Assembly (NCBI GenBank): GCA_041307365.1
Contig: JBFZDM010000058.1
Location: 1 to 44,502 of the forward strand
DNA: 44,502 nt
Source of the DNA: Chromatiaceae bacterium
Lineage (GTDB): Bacteria > Pseudomonadota > Gammaproteobacteria > Chromatiales > Chromatiaceae
Direction: 5' to 3'
The translations under genes were made by a program, and so were the position numbers. This document shows positions 27,331-34,559 of the stretch, piece by piece (positions within the stretch are counted from its first letter, which is position 1; the number at the start of each line of letters is the position of its first letter). The notes under the pieces were generated by a model. The model had not been told where the DNA came from. It ran no database searches and saw only the letters and a list, made by a program, of their open reading frames with translations.

Positions 27331-27465
27331 ATGCAGAATGCAACACGGGTTTTGGGTGTCTGGCGTCTGGAATGCCGAGAGCTGGCATAGCAGGCCACGT
27401 CGCGGGCGTATGCAGAATGCTACACGGTTTTGGGCTGGTGTTGCAGAATGCAACTGGTGTGAGAG
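27331..27465 (-). promoter_or_regulatory. Three direct repeats TGCAGAATGC(A/T)AC; operator- or promoter-like
   Basis: Copies start at 27332, 27411 and 27442. The first two extend to ATGCAGAATGCwACACGG(G)TTTTGGG. They lie in a roughly 360-nt gap between minus-strand genes. Confidence 0.5.
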
Positions 27466-27571
27466 TCTAAGTATTCACCGATGGCACCGCAGGGGAGCGC
27501 GGGAGCGGCGACCAAGCCCTAGGATCTCCCGCGCCCCCGGCCAACACGGCCGGGCTAGCCCCCGTGGTGGA

Positions 27572-27739
27572 TCAGTAGGGTACACCCTGGAATGAATACA
27601 ACACGCCGTCTACCTCGATGTCCTGGGTGTGCTCCAGGATCACTGGATAGGATATCTCAGCCCAGTGGGCGGTGCCTTCCCGCCTCGCCCGCGCGGCCTT
27701 CCTGCGCGCGTTGCGCGCGTGTCGCTTGACCCAACTCAT
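27572..27739 (-). CDS. Hypothetical basic micro-protein
   Basis: 55 aa from an internal ATG, with an ATGA overlap to the upstream gene. Confidence 0.45.
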   Translation of the reverse strand: MSWVKRHARNARRKAARARREGTAHWAEISYPVILEHTQDIEVDGVLYSFQGVPY

Positions 27740-28137
27740 AGCGGTTCTCCCTTCGCGCACGAGTCGTGCGCCCATGTGACCCCGTGGTGCGAGTATCTGT
27801 ACCGGCACAGCGCGTGTATCTCGATGGTCCCGCCGCAAATCGCGCACGGGTGGCCGCCCCGCACCCCGCACCGCGACAGCGGCATCTGATCCCACCGCTT
27901 CCGCGCCCCGAATCCGCGGCGCCCACCGCGCGCGTACCAAGCGTCTACGCGGGCGAGCAGCCGCTGTACGTACTCCGTGGGCCGCGCCAGCCTGTCGGTC
28001 TGCGGCATCCGCTCGTACTCCCAGACCTCGACGATCCAGCCTCCGGTGAGCCGGGTCAGGCCGAGCAGCGCCAGGCCCTGTTCCGAGAGCTGGTCCAGGT
28101 GGTCGCGGAGCCAGGCGAGCTGGTCAGGATCGGGCAT
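27736..28137 (-). CDS. Hypothetical protein with a Cys/His-rich C-terminus
   Basis: 133 aa with a GGGAGG RBS. C-terminus is CGVRGGHPCAICGG...HHGVTWAHDSC. Confidence 0.55.
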   Translation of the reverse strand: MPDPDQLAWLRDHLDQLSEQGLALLGLTRLTGGWIVEVWEYERMPQTDRLARPTEYVQRLLARVDAWYARGGRRGFGARKRWDQMPLSRCGVRGGHPCAICGGTIEIHALCRYRYSHHGVTWAHDSCAKGEPL

Positions 28138-28279
28138 CTTTCTGCCTCCCGTACTGAACCGGGCGGAACTCCGTAAGGCAGTTGGCACACCGGATCATCT
28201 TTACCGCCTCGAACGGCAGACTAACCCGCATCCGGCACTTGGGGCAGACATCCCAGGTATATCCCCACGAATCGATCAC
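28124..28279 (-). CDS. Zinc-ribbon micro-protein
   Basis: 51 aa, translated by hand, with CPKC-x15-CANC. The GTG start comes directly after the dcm stop (TAAGTG) and is preceded by the 25-nt RBS repeat. Confidence 0.4.
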   Translation of the reverse strand: MIDSWGYTWDVCPKCRMRVSLPFEAVKMIRCANCLTEFRPVQYGRQKDARS

Positions 28280-29008
28280 TTACGTTCCTCCACTACCACG
28301 CACCCGCGGCCGTCGCAACAGGCGCCATGCGAGCGCAGCCACAGCCGGAACCTGGCCGTTCCCAGTGGCTCTAAGGCGGTCCATCCTAGAGGCCACCCCA
28401 TCAGCCATTCGACCCACATCGGGTTCAGATCGCCACCAACCACTTCCGACAGGGGTCTGGAATTTTTGGCCATCGTCTTGGCACTCGCCTTGCCGCTCCT
28501 CCAATCTCGTGCGATCGGCGTTGGCCACAAGCCAGAGCCGGTTCCTCCTGTGGGGAGCGGAGACGTGATGCGCTCCGACAATTCCCCATCGAGAAGCATA
28601 CCCCATTTCGGCAAGATCACCGAGGACCACGGCAAGACCTCGTCGAACAAGGAGTGGGCTGTTCTCCACGAAGACGAAGCGAGGTCGTACCTCGCTGATG
28701 ATTCGCGCCATCTCTGACCAGAGCCCGCTCCGTGGCCCGGAGATCCCGGCTCCGCGCCCTGCACAGCTGATGTCCTGGCAGGGGAATCCGCCAGAGATGA
28801 CATCGACGTGTCCGCGCCAGGGCCGCCCGTCGAATGTCCTAACATCATCCCAGATCGGGAACCGTGGCAGGTGGCCGTCTCGCTGCCTGGCGAGCAGCAC
28901 GGATCGGCAGTAGGGATCAATTTCGACAGCGCAGATGGTGCGCCAGCCAAGGAGGATTCCGCCCAGGATGCCGCCTCCTGCCCCTGCAAATAGTGCCAGC
29001 TCATTCAT
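28280..29008 (-). CDS. dcm: DNA (cytosine-5)-methyltransferase, unusually compact (242 aa)
   Basis: Motif I FAGAGGG, motif IV GGFPCQDIS, motif VI ENSP, motif VIII RRNRLWLVA and motif X GNGQVP. Only about 40 aa are available for a target-recognition domain. Confidence 0.9.
   Translation of the reverse strand: MNELALFAGAGGGILGGILLGWRTICAVEIDPYCRSVLLARQRDGHLPRFPIWDDVRTFDGRPWRGHVDVISGGFPCQDISCAGRGAGISGPRSGLWSEMARIISEVRPRFVFVENSPLLVRRGLAVVLGDLAEMGYASRWGIVGAHHVSAPHRRNRLWLVANADRTRLEERQGECQDDGQKFQTPVGSGWWRSEPDVGRMADGVASRMDRLRATGNGQVPAVAALAWRLLRRPRVRGSGGT
28285..28309 (-). repeat. 25-nt direct repeat (copy B) flanking dcm
   Basis: TTCCTCCACTACCACGCACCCGCGG matches 29011-29035 at 24 of 25 positions. 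On the minus strand it ends in the RBS GGAGGAA. Confidence 0.8.
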
Positions 29009-29130
29009 CTTTCCTCCACCACCACGCACCCGCGGTCATCCCGCGTGGTCCATCGGTATATGACGACGCCCTTATGCCCGCGCATGGCCTCCCAGGCGGC
29101 GGTGAAGCTAGGGTATAGGGTGGCCATCAT
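29005..29130 (-). CDS. Possible 41-aa micro-ORF
   Basis: ATGA overlap with the dcm start, but it overlaps the upstream gene by about 20 nt. Weak support. Confidence 0.3.
   Translation of the reverse strand: MMATLYPSFTAAWEAMRGHKGVVIYRWTTRDDRGCVVVEER
29011..29035 (-). repeat. 25-nt direct repeat (copy A) flanking dcm
   Basis: TTCCTCCACCACCACGCACCCGCGG lies immediately upstream of the dcm ATG on the minus strand. Confidence 0.8.
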
Positions 29131-29338
29131 GGTACCTCAATATCTGATGCAAAACGTCGATCAATTTTTCGACCTCGTAGACCGAAAGCGTGACCGCCCA
29201 CTGCGGATGAGGTTCGAGCCGGAGCTCGAATTCGCCGTCATGTGCGGTGATGGCGATGTAGGGGATGATGTCACTCCCGCGCCGTTGCTGCCATCTCGGC
29301 CCCAGGCAGGCCAAGTGGTATCCTATTTTGTCAGCCAT
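29108..29338 (-). CDS. Hypothetical protein
   Basis: 76 aa from the internal ATG (MADKIGYHLAC...). Its start overlaps the upstream stop (ATGGCTGA). Confidence 0.5.
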   Translation of the reverse strand: MADKIGYHLACLGPRWQQRRGSDIIPYIAITAHDGEFELRLEPHPQWAVTLSVYEVEKLIDVLHQILRYHDGHPIP

Positions 29339-29477
29339 GTCGCACCCGCATCCACAGGTCGAAGACCTCCTGCCGCTCGGCTTCGGTCTGATACGCCGCG
29401 TCGATCGTCCGCTGCGCATGCCGGTCGGCGGCATCATACTCGCCGCCGGCCAGAGCCCACAAGATCAGCCACATCAT
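29331..29477 (-). CDS. Hypothetical micro-protein with a hydrophobic N-terminus
   Basis: 48 aa (MMWLILWALAGG...) with an AAGGAGG RBS and an ATGA overlap upstream. Confidence 0.5.
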   Translation of the reverse strand: MMWLILWALAGGEYDAADRHAQRTIDAAYQTEAERQEVFDLWMRVRHG

Positions 29478-29833
29478 GCCCTCATCCTCCTTAGTTTCGC
29501 GGCGGCTTGGCATAGTTGTTGCCGACGCACATGGATCGGCAACCAGGTGCGGCAGAATCCCCAGCTGGCCTCGATCTGGACGTGCGCCCCCAGCCTCGTG
29601 CGCCAGTCGGCCTCCCAGGCGTCGAGCTGGGCAACCGCAGGGTGCTCCGGCCAGGGGTTCCCGTCGCGGCAATCGAGGCAGAGCGCGCGGCTGCGCCGGT
29701 CTGCCCACGGCCATGGTGCCCAGGGGGCACTGCAGGCATAGCAGACATCTGACTGCAGCCCAGCGCCCACGCGCTCCCCGCACGCGCACGCGGGGCAGGG
29801 GTCCAGGACACCGTGCCAGTGGGGGCAGGTCAT
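29474..29833 (-). CDS. Cys/Trp-rich protein (multi-zinc-binding-like)
   Basis: 119 aa with a GGGAGG RBS. Contains CPHWH...CPACAC...CYAC...CLDC. Confidence 0.55.
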   Translation of the reverse strand: MTCPHWHGVLDPCPACACGERVGAGLQSDVCYACSAPWAPWPWADRRSRALCLDCRDGNPWPEHPAVAQLDAWEADWRTRLGAHVQIEASWGFCRTWLPIHVRRQQLCQAAAKLRRMRA

Positions 29834-30021
29834 CGTTGCGCCTCCCTACAGCTCCGGCACCGCAGCATCCAGCCGCCGGTATCCTCGCGTTCCAACCGCT
29901 CGTTTGGCCACAGGTAGCAATACCATCCGCCTGTTGGGCCGCTCCTGGCCCAACGGCAAGCCGCTTCGGGGCTTGATGCGCAAGTGATCTCGCCGCAGTC
30001 GGCCTCGATGTGTAGGATCAC
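29830..30021 (-). CDS. Cys-rich micro-protein
   Basis: 63 aa from a GTG with a GGAGGGG RBS and a GTGA overlap. Contains C..C pairs (CGEITC...CRSC). Confidence 0.45.
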   Translation of the reverse strand: MILHIEADCGEITCASSPEAACRWARSGPTGGWYCYLWPNERLEREDTGGWMLRCRSCREAQR

Positions 30022-30227
30022 GTGCGCCCCTCCGCTTCTGCCGCCGCCCAATCCCTCAATTTCGCGGCGCATTTCTCACACCGCGCCATTTCTGGCGGTG
30101 CTTCTTTCACCTCGTTCTGTGACCAGTACCGGCCGCAGAGCGTCCGCCAACCGAGGTCCAACGACGAGCACTCATTCATCCAATGCGCGATATTCCGATA
30201 GGTGTAATGCCGCCAGCCGCCGGTCAT
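30018..30227 (-). CDS. Zinc-ribbon-like micro-protein
   Basis: 69 aa with a GGAGGAA RBS. Contains NECSS...CGRYW...CEKC. Confidence 0.5.
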   Translation of the reverse strand: MTGGWRHYTYRNIAHWMNECSSLDLGWRTLCGRYWSQNEVKEAPPEMARCEKCAAKLRDWAAAEAEGRT

Positions 30228-30601
30228 CGCCGTTCCTCCGCCCATGTCTGCAGCTTCTCGGCGCAACAGTCGCCGCAGATCGTCACCAGATACCCACCGT
30301 CGCGCCACGACAGCGCCCACGGCCGGCGGTTTCGGCGCCAGAGCACCACCGGAATCTGGCCGGGTGCCGCCTCGCGCTCGCTCTGCTGGAGGGCGAGCTC
30401 CAGGGCGGCGCTGCCGAGGTCCATCCCCTGGACTCGCTTGCATTCGATATGCAACCATGGCCAGTCCTGGACGACCACGTCCGGGCTGTGCGGGCCGCCG
30501 CGGTGTTGAGCTCCGCGCTCGGCGTAGATGTCGTGTTTCCGCAGCCAGTGGACCAGGTCGAGCTCGCCGGCCTTGCCCTTGCGGCGCTGTCGTAGGGCCA
30601 T
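30224..30601 (-). CDS. PD-(D/E)XK nuclease, Hjc-like Holliday junction resolvase
   Basis: KGKAGELDLVHWLRKHDIYAERGA...PDVVVQDWPWLHIECK follows the archaeal Hjc pattern (G.A.E..l...L...G....R...S...D.i......iEvK). Confidence 0.5.
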   Translation of the reverse strand: MALRQRRKGKAGELDLVHWLRKHDIYAERGAQHRGGPHSPDVVVQDWPWLHIECKRVQGMDLGSAALELALQQSEREAAPGQIPVVLWRRNRRPWALSWRDGGYLVTICGDCCAEKLQTWAEERR

Positions 30602-30638
30602 CTTGGATCTCCTGTTGTTCCTTGCCTGCCGGGCCTTG

Positions 30639-30923
30639 CTAGCCCTGACCCGGCCCAACCATGCCTGTCATGGGCCATGGGATGATCGCCTCCTTCTGAT
30701 TCTTCAGTCGCCAAGCCAGGACCATGGCTCCCATCGCGTCATACTCGACGAATGGCGCGGCCTCCGTCTCGTCCGTGACGAGCAGGCAGAGGAACCGGTC
30801 TGACGAGAGATCACACCGCGTGCAGACCTTCATCTGCTTCAAATCGCGCTCGACGAGGAACGCGGCCGGGCCAGGGTGTTCCTGGCACTGGCAGCCCTGC
30901 CGGCATTCGCAGAGTTCGATCAT
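30639..30923 (-). CDS. Cys-rich hypothetical protein
   Basis: 94 aa with a GGTGGAG RBS. Contains CECRQGCQC...CTRC. Confidence 0.5.
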   Translation of the reverse strand: MIELCECRQGCQCQEHPGPAAFLVERDLKQMKVCTRCDLSSDRFLCLLVTDETEAAPFVEYDAMGAMVLAWRLKNQKEAIIPWPMTGMVGPGQG

Positions 30924-31162
30924 GCTCCACCATGCTTCCCGCAGCTGTCCGGGCCAAGCTCCCGGCAGGTGCATGCGGGATCGTCGTCGCCGACCGCCTC
31001 TGCCAGCTCCGCCCCGTCGGCCCATGTGCCCAGCCGTTCGATCAGGTATCCGAGAGATTCCCGGATCGCCACCAGCTCATGGTGCTTGGCAGTGTACAAG
31101 TCATACTCGGCATTCTTGAGCTGACGCACCACGTCCCACGCAAGCCTTGTCTCGGTAGTCAT
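30920..31162 (-). CDS. Hypothetical protein
   Basis: 80 aa. GGAGG lies 9 nt upstream of the ATG. ATGA overlaps at both ends. Confidence 0.5.
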   Translation of the reverse strand: MTTETRLAWDVVRQLKNAEYDLYTAKHHELVAIRESLGYLIERLGTWADGAELAEAVGDDDPACTCRELGPDSCGKHGGA

Positions 31163-31287
31163 CGCGTCCACCTCCTCAGCCGCCGCAACACCTCGATCAG
31201 GGCTTCGCGCTCGGCGATCGTCAGCACCTTGGATTTCTCGGTCTCGGCCAACGGGGCCAAGATATACAGGATGTCGGCGTTCGTCAT
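31159..31287 (-). CDS. Hypothetical micro-protein
   Basis: 42 aa with a GGAGGGG RBS and ATGA coupling. Confidence 0.4.
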   Translation of the reverse strand: MTNADILYILAPLAETEKSKVLTIAEREALIEVLRRLRRWTR

Positions 31288-31430
31288 GGCTTCCCCTCCG
31301 GGGCCGGCTCCGGCCATCTGATACACACCAGGATCTCTCGGCACCTCGCCTCGAACCTCTGCCGATCCCGCGCCAAGTCTCGCGCTCGCGCCTGAGCCCT
31401 CATCTTGCGTTTCCGTCGGCCGGGCCTCAT
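31284..31430 (-). CDS. Arg-rich micro-protein
   Basis: 48 aa, translated by hand, with a GAGGAGG RBS and ATGA overlaps at both ends. Confidence 0.4.
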   Translation of the reverse strand: MRPGRRKRKMRAQARARDLARDRQRFEARCREILVCIRWPEPAPEGKP

Positions 31431-31795
31431 GGCGCCTCCTCGACGGTCACCTCACCATCATCCACCGTCAGGATCTCCTCGTCTCCGCTCTCCCAGATCA
31501 TCTTGACCCGCAGTCGGCCTGTGCTGCGTCTGAGCAGCCCCTTGAGCTCATCGAAATGGGTGCCGCTGAATTCGCCCCAGTATTGCAGATGGCTCACAAG
31601 CACAGATTCAACCTCCCATTTGCCGGATAGCTCGAATCCTTCCGCCAAGCCATAAGCCGATAGCCATACTGCCTCCTCGTCATCCTCAACATTTGAACAT
31701 GCATATTCAATTTCTGGGATGGATCCAAGAGCATCCACAGGGATCCGCAGCCCGTCTAGCTCCTTGACCTTCCAGTGTTCGATGTTGAGTGTCAT
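31427..31795 (-). CDS. Strongly acidic hypothetical protein
   Basis: 122 aa from the internal ATG, with a GGAGG RBS. Hand count gives 27 Asp/Glu against 10 Lys/Arg. Confidence 0.55.
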   Translation of the reverse strand: MTLNIEHWKVKELDGLRIPVDALGSIPEIEYACSNVEDDEEAVWLSAYGLAEGFELSGKWEVESVLVSHLQYWGEFSGTHFDELKGLLRRSTGRLRVKMIWESGDEEILTVDDGEVTVEEAP

Positions 31796-31932
31796 GGTGC
31801 CTCCATCGGCCCAAAGGCCCGCGCCAGGCTCTCGGCGTCCAGCGCCCGCAGCGTCTCCACTGGGACATTGCCCAGGTGCCCGAGCCGGATCATCGCCCGG
31901 CAGATACGGGATTTGCGCTCTCGGTCGGTCAT
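31792..31932 (-). CDS. Hypothetical micro-protein
   Basis: 46 aa with a GGAGG RBS and ATGA coupling. Confidence 0.4.
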   Translation of the reverse strand: MTDRERKSRICRAMIRLGHLGNVPVETLRALDAESLARAFGPMEAP

Positions 31933-32105
31933 GGCTTGGCCTCCTGGAACGGGTCGGGGAATACGACATAGATCGTTTTCCGGTTGACGCGCCGCGTCTT
32001 GAGTTTGCCGAGCCGGATCCATTCCAGCACCGTCTCGACCGTCTTCCCGAGCCGGACCGCAGCAGCGGCCGGGCTCAGGTACTCGGGCTTAGTAGATTCG
32101 GACAT
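31929..32105 (-). CDS. MerR/excisionase-type HTH DNA-binding protein
   Basis: 58 aa, translated by hand. LSPAAAAVRLGKTVETVLEWIRLGKLKTRRVNRKTIYV fits the HTH_17 pattern. Confidence 0.55.
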   Translation of the reverse strand: MSESTKPEYLSPAAAAVRLGKTVETVLEWIRLGKLKTRRVNRKTIYVVFPDPFQEAKP

Positions 32106-33096
32106 GGGCGCTCTTCCTCCCCGTGCTCACGATGCCGGCCCCGCGAAGCACGTCCACGAGCCCGGTATCATAGTCCTTGAGCTTGCTCAAGCTGATCGAC
32201 TCTCGCCCGGCAGTCGTCACGATCCGGGCCAGCACCTTCTTGCCCTCGGCGTCGGTGGTGCGCAGCCCGATCGACCCTGCCGCCGCCGCGATCAGCTCGG
32301 TCTGGAGCTCCTTTTCGCGGGTCTCGAGTTCCCGGATCTGGGCTTTGATCCGGGCGAACTCGAGGACCATGGGCGCTTGCTCCGGCGTGGCTTCGATGGG
32401 CTTAGCGGCGCGATCCAAGGTGGCAGCCCAGGCCAAAAACTCGTTCGACGCGTCCGGCGCCGGCGGCTCGCCGCGTACCAGGTGGCGCTCGCGCCACGCC
32501 TCGACATAGGCCAGGATCCGATCGATGACCTTCTGGTCTCGCACCAGACGCAACACCCGGACGTCCACGAGCTCCTGGGGGTCGGGGATCCCGACCACGA
32601 AATCGACCCAGTCGGCCTCGGGCACCGTCGCGAGCTCGGCCATGGCCTGGATCGCATAGTGCGGCGGGATCTGGCGCGCGCCGTCGGTGTCCCAGGTCAG
32701 TACCTGGGTCGTGTCCTCGCCCCAGCCGTCCGCCCGGGCGCTCGTCTTGGCTTCAACGATCCCGCCAGGCACCAGGCCGTCGGGTGAAGTGCGCAGCCAT
32801 GGCCTGGCGTCAGCCCAGCATCGGGTCAGGGTAGTGTCTACGCGCGCGCCGGTGACTTCCTGGTAACGCGCGATCAGCCACGGCTCCCACCTGTGCCCGC
32901 GGGCTTGGATGGCCGTCTGCTCGTCTGCCTTGACCTCGCCCTTGGCGCGAGCCCAGATATCCCACGGCGTGGACCAGGGCGACAGCCCGAGCACCGCCGC
33001 GATAGACGAGCCGCCAAGGCTGTAGTCTGGTGCCTGCGCCTGGAAGTCAGCATACCATGCGGCGCGATCGGTGTACGTCTTGGACGGCATGGTCAT
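32089..33096 (-). CDS. YqaJ-type (lambda Exo-like) recombination exonuclease
   Basis: GGSSIAAVLGLSPWSTPWDIW and SPDGLVPGGIVEAKT (PD-(D/E)XK). ATGA overlap with recT. Confidence 0.8.
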   Translation of the reverse strand: MTMPSKTYTDRAAWYADFQAQAPDYSLGGSSIAAVLGLSPWSTPWDIWARAKGEVKADEQTAIQARGHRWEPWLIARYQEVTGARVDTTLTRCWADARPWLRTSPDGLVPGGIVEAKTSARADGWGEDTTQVLTWDTDGARQIPPHYAIQAMAELATVPEADWVDFVVGIPDPQELVDVRVLRLVRDQKVIDRILAYVEAWRERHLVRGEPPAPDASNEFLAWAATLDRAAKPIEATPEQAPMVLEFARIKAQIRELETREKELQTELIAAAAGSIGLRTTDAEGKKVLARIVTTAGRESISLSKLKDYDTGLVDVLRGAGIVSTGRKSAHVRIY

Positions 33097-34040
33097 GCTC
33101 CCTTCTGGCCGGCCCAACGGCCGCGGGCTTCCAGGTGGCGCTGCCGGATCGGGTTGAGCGCGGCGAGATCCGCGGCGCCTTCGCCGGCCAGGACGGCATC
33201 GACCTCGATCTGGGTCAGGCGACCGGCGGCCAGGTGCTCACGGATCTTCCCGACCAGCTCCGAGTCCGGGGTGGGCTGCACGGGCTTGGCCTCTACGAGG
33301 CGGCGCGCAGCCCATTCCTGCAGTTTGATCAGCTTGGCGGGGTCTTTCCCCGCCCGGGTCAGCAGCTCGGTACCTTGGACCGCCGCGGGGCCTTCCAGCT
33401 GTGACAGCAGCTCGACGGCGGCGTCATACTCGGGCGGGTCGATCGGGGTGGGCTGTTCGTCGGCGGCGTCCGGGATCGGGGTGGCCACGACCGGCACGAG
33501 TTCGACGACGCGGGCCTGGACCGGCACGGGATCCGCCTGCTCGATCTCGCCGTCCACGTAGACGGCCGCCTCGAACACGTCAGGCGTGTACGTCCGATAT
33601 CCCGAGCTAATGCACCTGGCGAAGAGCATCGCCGCCGGGTGCGCAGCCCAGGTGCCCTTGCCGGCCAGGCCGGCGCGCTTGGCGTCGTCGATGGTCCAGG
33701 TTTCTTCGCCGAGCGATTCCCACCGGTCGTTGACGCGCTCGAGGAACCGGATCCGGCACTCTGTGGCAGACTTGGCCAGGACGCGGTAGTCGTATTTGGG
33801 GCTGCGCTTGAGCGCGCTGGCGATCAAGTGGGCGCCCACCTCCGGCCGGCCCTGGATGAGGTGTAGCCCGGTCATCGAGGCGAACGGGCCGATGCCCAGC
33901 TCGCGGCCGGCGATGATCTTCACCAGGGCTTGCGCGGCCTTCGGGATCGACGGGAACATGCCGCTTGCGGCGAAGCGCTCGGCGAGCTCCGGCAGGGACA
34001 GGTTGATGGGTAGGGTCATGAGTTCATTTGTCATGGGCAT
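33093..34040 (-). CDS. recT: RecT-family single-strand annealing protein
   Basis: AAQALVKIIAGRELGIGPFASMTGLHLIQGRP and GTWAAHPAAMLFARCISSGYR. Paired with the YqaJ exonuclease. Confidence 0.85.
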   Translation of the reverse strand: MPMTNELMTLPINLSLPELAERFAASGMFPSIPKAAQALVKIIAGRELGIGPFASMTGLHLIQGRPEVGAHLIASALKRSPKYDYRVLAKSATECRIRFLERVNDRWESLGEETWTIDDAKRAGLAGKGTWAAHPAAMLFARCISSGYRTYTPDVFEAAVYVDGEIEQADPVPVQARVVELVPVVATPIPDAADEQPTPIDPPEYDAAVELLSQLEGPAAVQGTELLTRAGKDPAKLIKLQEWAARRLVEAKPVQPTPDSELVGKIREHLAAGRLTQIEVDAVLAGEGAADLAALNPIRQRHLEARGRWAGQKGA

Positions 34041-34043
34041 CTC

Positions 34044-34556
34044 CTAGAATGGGCAGTCATCGGCCGGCGGCGCGCCGTCCTGGGTGGTGTCGATCTGTTG
34101 CTGCTTGGGGCGCGGCGGCAGCGGCTTCCTGAGCTCGCCGGTCTGCGCTGGCGTCTCGGCGGGCGCGGCCTGGATCAAGCCATTGACCCAGACGACCTGG
34201 TATTCCTTGCCTTTGGCGCTCTCGCGCAGCTCCACCTTGACCTCGATCTCGCGCCCTTCCAGGGCTAGGCGCTTCTCTTCCAGCTCGGCCATGGTCCTGG
34301 CCGCCACACCGCAGCGGCCAAGATCCTGGAAGAGATAGTGACGCTTGGCGCGGTCCAACGAGGACCACTTGAGCAGGATTTGGCGGGCGTACTCGCCGCC
34401 CTGGATCTCGAACGACCACCGCGCTTGCTCTTCTCCGAACGCCGGATGGTTGGCCGTGATCAGCTCGATCACGCGGACCGTGTACGTGCCCTCCGGCACG
34501 TCCGCGGAACGCCGCGGGTCGTATTCGTAGTCGTCGTTGTAGTCCCCGAAACTCAT
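34044..34556 (-). CDS. Putative ssDNA-binding protein with an SSB-like C-terminal tip
   Basis: Sits next to recT. N-terminus VPEGTYTVRVIE is DUF669-like. Has a Pro/Gln-rich linker and the terminal residues ADDCPF (compare the bacterial SSB tip DDDIPF). Confidence 0.45.
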   Translation of the reverse strand: MSFGDYNDDYEYDPRRSADVPEGTYTVRVIELITANHPAFGEEQARWSFEIQGGEYARQILLKWSSLDRAKRHYLFQDLGRCGVAARTMAELEEKRLALEGREIEVKVELRESAKGKEYQVVWVNGLIQAAPAETPAQTGELRKPLPPRPKQQQIDTTQDGAPPADDCPF

Positions 34557-34559
34557 ATG

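Noticed and set aside
27209-27388. A 59-aa minus-strand ORF with an ATGA overlap to the next gene
   Set aside because: Third-position GC is only about 55% by hand count, well below neighbouring genes. There is no RBS, and the ATGA arises from the downstream gene's GGAGGGATGA start context. It is kept only as a caveat in the repeat finding.
26148-27595. Plus-strand ORFs of 235 aa and 319 aa spanning the early-operon end
   Set aside because: They are Arg/Pro/Ser-rich with no RBS. They lie antisense to a chain of minus-strand micro-genes that have GGAGG RBSs and ATGA coupling.
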